Shown here: positions 1-8,239 of the stretch, one piece after another
Layout of the letters: every line of letters begins with the position of its first letter
Position numbering within the stretch: position 1 is the stretch's first letter
Assembly: GCA_040400605.1 (NCBI GenBank)
Contig: JBBAPZ010000001.1
Location: 59,981-123,980, forward strand
Reading direction: 5' to 3'
Source: Candidatus Sericytochromatia bacterium
GTDB lineage: Bacteria; Cyanobacteriota; Sericytochromatia; S15B-MN24; JAQBPE01
Length of the DNA stretch: 64,000 bases
Notes under the pieces: model-generated
Database searches by the model: none
What the model was told of the DNA's origin: nothing
What the model saw: only the letters and a program-made list of their open reading frames with translations
Program-made: the position numbers and the translations under genes

Positions 1-215
1 CGCCCCTCAACCTTTCCCCACCCAACCGGCGCTTATGTCAACCCGAACCCCGTCGGCCTCGCAGGTCGAATGACCCTGCTGTCATACCTGCCAATCGCTG
101 GATAGCGATGCGCCGTTATCTGGCAAATCAACCATCAATCACCTGGTTATCTGGAAACAGAAATTCAAGCAGCGTCAAGCGAACCCCGAAACCCGCATCG
201 CGCCGTAAGCGTCTT

Positions 216-251
216 ATTTTATACAGATAATCAATCTTATCTGTATAAAAT
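216..251. promoter_or_regulatory. Perfect 15-bp inverted repeat with 6-bp spacer; dif-like recombination site or operator
   Basis: ATTTTATACAGATAA-TCAATC-TTATCTGTATAAAAT. The ATAA-N6-TTAT core resembles Xer/dif sites. The palindrome is certain, its function is inferred. Confidence 0.45.
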
Positions 252-700
252 TCGTTTCGTTCAGATGCCCGGTTGGTATCTCAGGGCTTTCCGACGAAAG
301 TGTCGAGACTGTCTGAACTGGCTTCAATTGAAGGTTTCGATCCTTCCATCGATTTCGCTGATTGTTTGTTAACCGTCAGTAACAGGACTCAGCCGGTCGC
401 GGCTCATTTTTCGTCACGGTCTTGTCGCAGCACGCTGGTCTGAACAACCAAAATGATGATTTCGGTTTCGCTACCGCTTGTTTGCAATCATCATTCAAGG
501 GTGTCGCTGCTTGTTCGTGAACGGCTTGCGAAACGGTTGACATGCAAGCCGATGGGAAATGTTTTTCGCCCGAACCATTCAATCGTCACGACGACAAGTG
601 TCATGTCACCATTCAAGTTTTCTTGGTTCCGTTTGATGAGATTCGGGCTGGGGTACGAATGCACTAGGCTTGTTTTTTGGAATGAGAGAGATTGCAGACC

Positions 701-1171
701 ATGACTTGGAAACACATTTTGGGGACGATGCTTGGTGTGATGGTGCTTGGTGCATCGAACCCGGCCTTGGCCGCGAACGACCGGACTGAGTCATACATGG
801 GGCTCTATGTCAGCAACCTGGCAGGGTCAGGCCTGACTTTCGGTCAACGGCATCCGTCTGGATTTGGTTATCACGTGTCGGGTATCGGGTTTGCGCAGGA
901 CGGCCGGGGTTGGATGAACGTTGGCGGCGCGATCACCAAAGACCTGATCACCCGGGACTGGGGCACGATGTATGGACTCGTCGCCTGTGGCCTGGGCGTC
1001 GGCAGCGCGCCACTCAATATGCCGCAGGGGTTTAACCTGAGTCCGGGAATCGGCTTTGATTGGGGCGATGCCTTCGTCGAACTGGGCATGTCCTTTTCGC
1101 CAAGCACCAGAAACGTCGGTGTCATCGATTTCTTGCCCGGTTTGGGCGGCGGCGTGAAATTCCGCTTCTAG
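701..1171 (+). CDS. Small secreted protein, probable outer-membrane beta-barrel
   Basis: Signal peptide ending ALA-A, Gly/aromatic-rich amphipathic strands, C-terminal GGGVKFRF ending in Phe. Confidence 0.6.
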   Translation: MTWKHILGTMLGVMVLGASNPALAANDRTESYMGLYVSNLAGSGLTFGQRHPSGFGYHVSGIGFAQDGRGWMNVGGAITKDLITRDWGTMYGLVACGLGVGSAPLNMPQGFNLSPGIGFDWGDAFVELGMSFSPSTRNVGVIDFLPGLGGGVKFRF

Positions 1172-1193
1172 CACGTTTCAGTGGCAATGGCTC

Positions 1194-1229
1194 CGTCGCT
1201 CTGCACCCTATTGATGGTGCAGAGCGACG
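1194..1229 (+). terminator. 14-bp stem-loop downstream of the beta-barrel gene
   Basis: CGTCGCTCTGCACC-N8-GGTGCAGAGCGACG; no clear U-tract. Confidence 0.5.
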
Positions 1230-1381
1230 CGTCAGTCAATTGACAATTGTGAGAACAGTAATCAAGATAAAAAAGTTATCAAGCAACTGATTGATTAGCC
1301 AACAAACATTTGACATTCTTGCATCAAATCGAAAAACGACCAGTTAGTATTCGAATAACCCAACTTGAGCTTCGTGTCAGC

Positions 1382-1481
1382 ATACAGTGACGCATCGGTT
1401 TTTGTTTAAAACCTGTGTAGCAAACTTAAAACATCAGACACTGGCTCGTTGTTTCTGTATGGCAGTCAAAATTTGGTCACC
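1382..1481. repeat. Dispersed ~100-bp intergenic repeat, copy 1
   Basis: Aligns by eye with 4901-5003 and 35412-35512 (ATACRGTGAYGCAT...TGTGTAGCAAAC...CACTGGC...AATTTGRTCACC). Confidence 0.75.
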
Positions 1482-1498
1482 GTTCAATGCGTTTCCGC

Positions 1499-2320
1499 TT
1501 AACGTGTCGAAGTCGCCGCGTCGTTGTCCCTGCTCGCGTCGCGCTGTGCCTGACGACGCTCGTAACGCCTGACCCACATCAAGGCCCACATCGGCAAGGA
1601 CAAGCGCGGTCCACGACACATTGCACGAATGCGCTTGACAAACAGATTCATCACCGGCAACTGTACCCCAAACACGCCTTCGGTTTGGGCTTGATGCAAC
1701 AATTGTCCTTGCGCGTTGCAAGCATAAACTCGCGGCTCCTTAAAGGGCCATGTCCGAGCCGTAAACGCCCCAAAAGTACGGCATTGGTAAGGTCTGGCTG
1801 CATACACGCTGCATTGGCCATTTTTAAGAAAAGGGCAGGCGATACGCTGCCTCAATAAGATGGGCGCCGTTAAAAGCATCGTGAACCAACTGTCTTGTAA
1901 AAAACCCACCACTGCGCGCCAAAACGGTGTGAAAACGGCACGATACCGCGAGACAAACTCAGCGCGTTCAGCCTCGTCCCAAACGGTTTCCATGTGGCGC
2001 ACGATCAAGCGCCACTCAGAATAACTGATAACAAACAGGCCCACCGGATAGTGACAACAGGCATCACAACCCTTGTGACAGAGTGATTGCGGCATACCCG
2101 ATGTCACCCCTTGCGCGACGCGGTCAATGAGTGTGTAGAGATCGCGTTCATCGCCTGTCTGACCAAAATTGTCTGCCCCGGGCAACTTTGCGCGCACATC
2201 CTCCATCGCCTCAACCAAAGGCAAAGGAGTGCTTGCCTGCCCTGCCAAGGTCTCCTCAAAATCAGCATCAACTTTGGCCTTGTGCTTCGGACGCGCAAAA
2301 CGCTGCAACCAGAAATGCAA
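1499..2320 (-). CDS. YkgJ-family cysteine cluster (CxxCxxCC) protein
   Basis: CHKGCDACCH and CPFLKNGQCSVYAARPYQCR motifs. Confidence 0.85.
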   Translation of the reverse strand: MHFWLQRFARPKHKAKVDADFEETLAGQASTPLPLVEAMEDVRAKLPGADNFGQTGDERDLYTLIDRVAQGVTSGMPQSLCHKGCDACCHYPVGLFVISYSEWRLIVRHMETVWDEAERAEFVSRYRAVFTPFWRAVVGFLQDSWFTMLLTAPILLRQRIACPFLKNGQCSVYAARPYQCRTFGAFTARTWPFKEPRVYACNAQGQLLHQAQTEGVFGVQLPVMNLFVKRIRAMCRGPRLSLPMWALMWVRRYERRQAQRDASRDNDAATSTR

Positions 2321-2583
2321 CGATTCATCCTCCTTGGCAACCCCAAACTAACGCGTACCAACAGTACCTGGCCATTATACCGCCTCACGCACCCCCTGCC
2401 GACACGCGCCAGCAGCCTCGCTGACAGTCTCCCCGGGGTGTGTTGGTTCGGGCATTGTCAAAGAGAATGTTAACGATGGATCTGACGAGAAAAGCTTGCG
2501 GCCCACAGGTGACGTGGCATGGGATCCCTGACCAGTTTTGGATGATCACGGTCAGCAAGCCGTTCGGTGTACAATGCGTGATC

Positions 2584-3519
2584 ATGAAAACGCGCATCAC
2601 CGAATTGTTTGGGTGTCGATATCCAATTGTGCAAGCCGGTATGATTTGGGTGTCCGGAGCACGTCTGGCCGCGGCGTGCTCCAACGCGGGGGCCTTGGGT
2701 TTGATTGGCGGGGGTTCGATGCGCCCCGACTGTTTTGAAGCCCACGTGCAATCGATGAGTGGGCGCACGCAGGCACCTTGGGGCGTTAACATCCCGATCT
2801 TTTACAAATATGCCGAGCAACTGGTTGAGATTGCGATCGCATACGGCGTTCGTATCGTATTCACCTCAGCGGGATCCCCGAAGCGTTTCACCCCTTTACT
2901 CAAATCCCACGGTATCACCGTCGTGCACGTCGTCGGCAACCCGACCCAAGCCCGCAAGTGCGAAGAGGCCGGGTGCGATGCCGTGGTGGCGGAGGGCTTC
3001 GAAGCCGGCGGACACAACAGTCCCGACGAGCTGACCACCATGGTCCTCACCCGTTTGGTCCGTCAAGCCGTGGCAATCCCGGTCATCGCAGCCGGTGGCA
3101 TCGCAGACGGTCAAGCCTTGGCTGCAGCCTTCGCGCTTGGTGCTGATGGCGTCCAGATTGGCAGCCGTTTCGCCATCACCCAAGAGTCTTCTGCGCACCC
3201 ATCATTCAAGGAATTCGTCATGCAACACCCAAGTGGGGCCACCACCCTTACGCTTAAAAGGATCGGCCCTGTGCGCCTGCTTGAAAGTCCCTTCGCCGCT
3301 GAGGCGCTCGCTGCCGAAGCGCGTGGCGCCAGTCAAGACGAACTGCGTGCTTTGCTTGGTCAAGGTCGCGCCCGCCAAGGCATTTTCGAAGGCAATCTGA
3401 TTGAAGGGGAACTCGAAATCGGACAGGTTGCCCCCTTGCTCAAACACTCACCCACGGCGCAAACCGTCATTAATGACCTTCTGGGACAGTATCAGTCAGC
3501 GAAAGCTTCATTGCCGTAG
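2584..3519 (+). CDS. Nitronate monooxygenase / FabK-like FMN enzyme
   Basis: YPIVQAGM, EGFEAGGH, IPVIAAGGIADG and GVQIGSRF motifs. Start trimmed to MKTRITELFG. Confidence 0.9.
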   Translation: MKTRITELFGCRYPIVQAGMIWVSGARLAAACSNAGALGLIGGGSMRPDCFEAHVQSMSGRTQAPWGVNIPIFYKYAEQLVEIAIAYGVRIVFTSAGSPKRFTPLLKSHGITVVHVVGNPTQARKCEEAGCDAVVAEGFEAGGHNSPDELTTMVLTRLVRQAVAIPVIAAGGIADGQALAAAFALGADGVQIGSRFAITQESSAHPSFKEFVMQHPSGATTLTLKRIGPVRLLESPFAAEALAAEARGASQDELRALLGQGRARQGIFEGNLIEGELEIGQVAPLLKHSPTAQTVINDLLGQYQSAKASLP

Positions 3520-3540
3520 AGCCGGTAAAGGACCCCATTC

Positions 3541-4167
3541 GTGAAAAAAAACGATGCATTGCAGATGCAATCCCGCCTGGGCCAATTGGCATCCAAAGCC
3601 ACTGCGCTTGGTCTGCAAGATGACGGCAAGCTCTATCATCACGCGTTGGATGAACGGGCATTTTGGGCCCAGCGCCTGGCAGTCCCCCATCAATGGCCAC
3701 ACCGTGGATCATGCGCGGAGGGGGTTCAGCCAGGACTCAGACTCGAAGTCTGGTATTTTCAGGGACGCGGGACCCCAAACGCCCAAAAAGGCGCCTCTCA
3801 GAGCGAGATCGTGTGGCTGCTTGGACTCTGCGCCGCCCATGAGGCACTGGCTGAACTTGATGATTGCCTGACAGACACGTGGTTACACTTGCTTGAAAGT
3901 GGCAAGTATGCCAGGCGCTACGTCAGCCTTGATCCATTCGTCAAACGCATCTACCCCGGTTGCACCGGCGTTATGCGCACAATTGCCGTCGAACCGAACA
4001 AACGATTTGAAGAAGGTGTGGCGGTGTTTTTTCAGGATTTGGTGCCGTTGCTGTCATCAGCCGCCCAAATGTGGGATCCCGATGGTCACCGTCGTGAACA
4101 GTTCCTCAGCGGTGCGGTTGATGAAGACCTCTTCGAAAAACTGCGGCGAAACTTTGGAAAAAAATGA
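3541..4167 (+). CDS. Hypothetical protein
   Basis: 208-aa ORF 21 bp downstream of the previous gene, AAGGA RBS-like motif; no recognised domain. Confidence 0.65.
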   Translation: MKKNDALQMQSRLGQLASKATALGLQDDGKLYHHALDERAFWAQRLAVPHQWPHRGSCAEGVQPGLRLEVWYFQGRGTPNAQKGASQSEIVWLLGLCAAHEALAELDDCLTDTWLHLLESGKYARRYVSLDPFVKRIYPGCTGVMRTIAVEPNKRFEEGVAVFFQDLVPLLSSAAQMWDPDGHRREQFLSGAVDEDLFEKLRRNFGKK

Positions 4168-4471
4168 ATTCCATTAACATATCATACCCTCCCAAACCCG
4201 CTCTCCTCATAACGGGTATGCCGAACTCTCCAAAAGTCTTGATACCCCGAACGATCACCATTCAAGTGTGCACAAAACCCTGAAATCATCGATTCACTGT
4301 TCAGAGGACATTGACCAGACCATGATGCACGGAAAAAAATACCGTCTTCGTGTATCAGTATCCTTTTTATCATCACGCTGACGGTTGATTTAATCAAAAT
4401 TAACGCAAGCTTGCTGCGGTTGTACCCGATATGCGTTTGTGTCGTGGTTGGGAATCGTAAAGGAGTGCAGT

Positions 4472-4825
4472 GTGTCACTACCGAGTGTAATCAGCAGGGG
4501 TGCGGCTGGTGTGGTGGCGTCGGAGCCGTCAGGCAAGGCGGCGTCGGTGGCTGCCAAGTCGTCAGATGCCCGGACGGTGGATGCGGATCAACTCCAACTG
4601 AGCGGTGGCGCACAGCCCGCCACAGCCAGTCAGTCAACCCCGCCGCCGATCAAACGGATTGTTGGCGTATCGTTGCTGTTCGGTTCGATTGGCGCCTTAT
4701 TGAGTTTCGGCAACTGGCCTTCGCTCGCCAAGGTCGCGTATACGATCGCTTGGGGGGCCTTGGGGGCATGGTCCGCAAGTCCTTCGGATCTGGTTCCTAA
4801 AGGCGCAGCTTCGCCCAAAAAATAG
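4472..4825 (+). CDS. Small hypothetical membrane protein
   Basis: AAGGAG RBS before GTG; low-complexity Ala/Ser N-terminus and two C-terminal hydrophobic segments. Confidence 0.55.
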   Translation: MSLPSVISRGAAGVVASEPSGKAASVAAKSSDARTVDADQLQLSGGAQPATASQSTPPPIKRIVGVSLLFGSIGALLSFGNWPSLAKVAYTIAWGALGAWSASPSDLVPKGAASPKK

Positions 4826-4900
4826 GTTACGCTGCGGCTGTGTGTGCGGCGTGGGACAAGCTTAGCCAACGGGTAAGCGGTTACTGAGGGGTAAACCACG

Positions 4901-5003
4901 ATACAGTGATGCATCCGTTTTTGTTTAGAAATCCATAGTGTCAAACCCCACACAGCACGTTCTGACTCGATGTCATTGAATGGCATCCAAAACGTGATCA
5001 ACC
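4901..5003. repeat. Dispersed ~100-bp intergenic repeat, copy 2
   Basis: ATACAGTGATGCATCCGTTTTTGTTTAGAAA...TGACTCGATGT...ATGGCATCCAAAACGTGATCAACC is colinear with copy 1. Confidence 0.65.
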
Positions 5004-5406
5004 ATCAACGCGGTTCTGTATCACTGCGTGCAGAAGCGAATTCGTTTTGCGCTAGGAGCCTGTCGGCCTGGCCGCCGATCGTAGCCTCCGATCGCAAGAT
5101 GTCGGGCAAGTGTGCTTGTTTGCCAGGTTTGGCGGCGAGAGGGTCGAAGTGGGACGCGGCGGAAGCGTGCGATGGTTCGCTCTGCTCGGGTCGACTGTAT
5201 CGCTCCCTATCAGTCGCGGTACTGATGAGGTCTCCCGTCCGATGGCGCTAACTCCGACAGGCTCCTGGACGGCTAAACAATCTCAGCCTATCCAAAAATT
5301 TAATTGTTACTTAACCATGTCTTTGACAAGGTTTATCGAACGACGGGCCACAATCATCGTGAGTATTGTATTGCTCCGCGAGTAGGGTGCGGGGGAGATT
5401 GGAGGA

Positions 5407-6153
5407 GTGCATCACATGAGACGGCGTATGGTGACGGGTCTGATTGCCCTGATGATGCTGACAGGTTGCGGGATGCAAACTGTGGGTGTCACTGAGCGCA
5501 CTGCGACTCAGGTTGATGCTTTGGCGACTGATACGTTGATGTCTGGTTTTTATCAGATCCACCTGGCTACGTTTAACCGTTTGGACAGCAGCAAAGACAA
5601 TGTGATTGATGAGTATGAAGCGGGGGCCAGTCTTGATTTGCGTGATTTTGCCAAGGCGGACAAGAACCGAAATGGCAAGTTGACGCGGCGTGAGTTTATG
5701 GATTACGCCACTGGGGGCGCTTTGTTCGGTTTTCTGAAGCAGGACAAGGTGGCGTTCGCACGGCAGGCCCGTGAGGCGTTACGACGGAATTTCGTCCAAC
5801 TGGATGCCAACCGTGATCGCTTGCTCACAGAGAATGAGTTGACTGAAAAGGCATTGGCCAAGGCGGCGATTCGTCTGAGTATCCCGGCATTGCGCATCAA
5901 CGTGGTGATTAAAGATGCTTCTGAAGCTGCGCTGGATCAAGCAGACAAAACCAAGGACAAGGCGCTATCGGCAGCAGAATTCGAGGATTTCTGCATTGCC
6001 AGTTTTCTTGAGGTTCTGAGTCCGAAGGCCCCGGCAGAACCGGAACCTTCCAGTGAGGAACCGGAGTCGTCCAGTGAGGAACCGGCCGCGAAGCCTGAAA
6101 GTCCGGTCAAGAACTCTGATCCGAAATCCACTGGTTCCAAAACAGGACACTGA
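5407..6153 (+). CDS. EF-hand calcium-binding lipoprotein
   Basis: GGAGGA RBS, lipobox LTGC, four EF-hand-like loops (DSSKDNVIDEYE, DKNRNGKLTRRE, DANRDRLLTENE, DKTKDKALSAAE), acidic Pro/Ser tail. Confidence 0.85.
   Translation: MHHMRRRMVTGLIALMMLTGCGMQTVGVTERTATQVDALATDTLMSGFYQIHLATFNRLDSSKDNVIDEYEAGASLDLRDFAKADKNRNGKLTRREFMDYATGGALFGFLKQDKVAFARQAREALRRNFVQLDANRDRLLTENELTEKALAKAAIRLSIPALRINVVIKDASEAALDQADKTKDKALSAAEFEDFCIASFLEVLSPKAPAEPEPSSEEPESSSEEPAAKPESPVKNSDPKSTGSKTGH
6037..6085 (+). repeat. 21-bp in-frame tandem repeat (EPExSSE)
   Basis: GAACCGGAACCTTCCAGTGAG / GAACCGGAGTCGTCCAGTGAG / GAACCGG. Confidence 0.8.
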
Positions 6154-6168
6154 GAAGCTTGCAACCCG

Positions 6169-6195
6169 AAAGGTGCGCCCCGCGGCGCACCTTTT
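6169..6195 (+). terminator. Intrinsic terminator
   Basis: AAAGGTGCGCC-CCGC-GGCGCACCTTTT just after the EF-hand gene stop. Confidence 0.8.
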
Positions 6196-6521
6196 GCTAT
6201 GCTGGTGTTTAATGCTTGAATTGGTGTTGGGAGCGAGACCCCTTGTGGGAAGGAAGTGCCGTCATGACGTTGAATGAAGCGAGCCCAGCTGTTTGTTTGC
6301 GTGGCCGTAGTGAGGAATTGCGAGGACTTGCGTTGGTGATGCACGTGGCGAGTCTTGGACAAGAATCCGGACCCTTGCAGGTGGGAGAGTTGATGTCAAC
6401 GTCTCAGCCGATAGATGCCACCGTGGCTTGTGCCCGCTAAGTTTGGGCAAGTTGGTCGCCCAAGCGGGCCATGATCTGTTATGATAAACCCGGTGTTGGT
6501 TTTGCTAAGGAGGAGTGGGGA

Positions 6522-6926
6522 GTGACCAGGCGAGAGTTGACAAAGTTCGCCGTCCCTGAGGTTCGTACTCAGTACATGGATAAGTATGGCGACCCTCTGG
6601 AGGACGTCTCGCCTCAGGACCTGATGGATCTGATGGAGAATCTGTGGACATCGAGTCGCGGCACCTACGCGGTGTTGCGCGAGAAACTTCGGCGCGAGGG
6701 ACAGGATCCTTGGACTGTGCGTTTGGCTTTGGTCGAGAGCTATTTCAAGACCTTATTTATGCGGACAGCTGAATTCACGGAATCAGACGATCCGATCAAA
6801 TACTTAGATGTGACGTACTTTATTCAGTACCGCATTGAGGAGTTGATCAAGTCGCATCAAGAGCAGGAAGCCGAAGAGTCTCGTTATAGCCGTGATAAAT
6901 TTGGAATTCGTGCGCCACGGGTTTAG
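6522..6926 (+). CDS. Hypothetical acidic, helical protein
   Basis: Strong AAGGAGGAG RBS before GTG, extended -10 TGTTATGAT at ~6477, downstream hairpin at ~6954-6975. Confidence 0.7.
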   Translation: MTRRELTKFAVPEVRTQYMDKYGDPLEDVSPQDLMDLMENLWTSSRGTYAVLREKLRREGQDPWTVRLALVESYFKTLFMRTAEFTESDDPIKYLDVTYFIQYRIEELIKSHQEQEAEESRYSRDKFGIRAPRV

Positions 6927-7045
6927 AACAGTCTCAATTGATGTTAGTTTTTGGGCGCTCCTTAGCGGGCGCCCATCTGCATGGAATGGGATGCAGGTGC
7001 GCGCGGCTTTTGGGATGAAGGGTTTGACAAGAGGAAGGCTGGGCG

Positions 7046-8230
7046 ATGTCGCCGCTGGTGATTGTATTTATTAGTGTATTCATTGACTTGTTGGGTTTTG
7101 GCATTGTATTGCCTCTGATGCCTTACTACGCCCTGCGATTTGATGCGGACGCCTTCGGTGTGGGGGCGTTGTTGGCCATTTATTCGCTGATGCAGCTATT
7201 TTTTTCGCCTTTGTGGGGTCGGTTGTCGGATCGTATCGGCCGGCGTCCAGTCTTGATCGTCTCGTTGTTTGGTTCGGCAATTGGCCTGATTCTGTTCGGT
7301 CTGGCGTCGAGTTTGGCGGGTCTGTTTCTGGCTCGCATGTTTTCGGGGATGGCTACCGCTACCGTTTCGGTGGCTCAAGCGTACATCGCAGATTGCACAC
7401 CGCCAGAGAAGCGGGCGCGGGGTATGGGGTTAATCGGGGCCGCGTTTGGTCTGGGATTTATATTTGGTCCTGCATTGGGCGGTCTGCTGGCAGGTTACGG
7501 CGCATCGGTACCTGCCTACGTGGCGGCTGCCATCGCGGGTATCAATGGTGTGTTGGCCATCTTTTTCTTGCCGGAAACACTGCCGCCCGAAAAAAGAGGC
7601 TTGAGTCCCGAGCGTGGGTTTAGCATCAAACGCTTGGGGACAGCGGCGAGCGTACCTGGCATGTCGCGCTTGATGCTGTTGTATTTCCTGAGCATTTTTG
7701 GCTTCGCCACGATGGAAGCCACCTTTCCTTTGTTGACGCTGGGGCTCTTCAACTTTAATGAGCAGCAAAACGGGTTCGTGTTCGCGTACTTGGGGGTATT
7801 GGTTGCCTTGTTGCAGGGAGGGCTTATCGGGCGACTGGTCGCGCGCTTTGGTGAACCCCGTCTGGTTGTCGTGGGTGCTGGCTTGATGACGGTAGCCTTT
7901 ATCGCGTTGCCGGTTGTTCCGAGCATCGGTTTTTTGCTGTTGGCGCTCATCCCGCTTGCGGTTGGCAATGGCGTATGCAACCCGTGTTTGACTGCGCTCA
8001 TTTCGAGGCGCAGTGATGCGATCGCACAAGGGGAAACATTGGGTGTTGCCCAGTCCATGGCAAGCCTTGGCCGCATCACGGGTCCACTGTGGGGCGGTTT
8101 CTGTTTCGCCCGATTTGGCGCCATCACCACTTACTGGCTGGCCGCCGTTGTCCTTGCCATCTTGACGGTGCTGGCGCTTGCGCTGCGTCAAAGTGCTGCC
8201 GTGACGGACACGGTACCGGAAGTTGTCTGA
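7046..8230 (+). CDS. MFS transporter, TetA/DHA1-like
   Basis: Motif A GRLSDRIGRRP, motif C GFIFGPALGG, LPET, about 12 hydrophobic segments. Confidence 0.9.
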   Translation: MSPLVIVFISVFIDLLGFGIVLPLMPYYALRFDADAFGVGALLAIYSLMQLFFSPLWGRLSDRIGRRPVLIVSLFGSAIGLILFGLASSLAGLFLARMFSGMATATVSVAQAYIADCTPPEKRARGMGLIGAAFGLGFIFGPALGGLLAGYGASVPAYVAAAIAGINGVLAIFFLPETLPPEKRGLSPERGFSIKRLGTAASVPGMSRLMLLYFLSIFGFATMEATFPLLTLGLFNFNEQQNGFVFAYLGVLVALLQGGLIGRLVARFGEPRLVVVGAGLMTVAFIALPVVPSIGFLLLALIPLAVGNGVCNPCLTALISRRSDAIAQGETLGVAQSMASLGRITGPLWGGFCFARFGAITTYWLAAVVLAILTVLALALRQSAAVTDTVPEVV

Positions 8231-8239
8231 GGCAAACGT

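Noticed and set aside
1..105. Open frame ending at TAG 105, a possible 3' end of an upstream gene
   Set aside because: Only 34 codons with no recognisable motif; cannot be supported.
376..704. Short ORFs (68-83 aa) upstream of the beta-barrel gene
   Set aside because: No RBS or domain; overlapping in conflicting frames.
4250..4305. Possible further minus-strand copy of the dispersed repeat
   Set aside because: Similarity too weak to distinguish from chance by eye.
7046..8230. MFS as a CcoA-type copper importer
   Set aside because: It looks TetA/DHA1-like and I cannot find the paired MxxxM and HxxxM motifs; any copper role rests on adjacency only.
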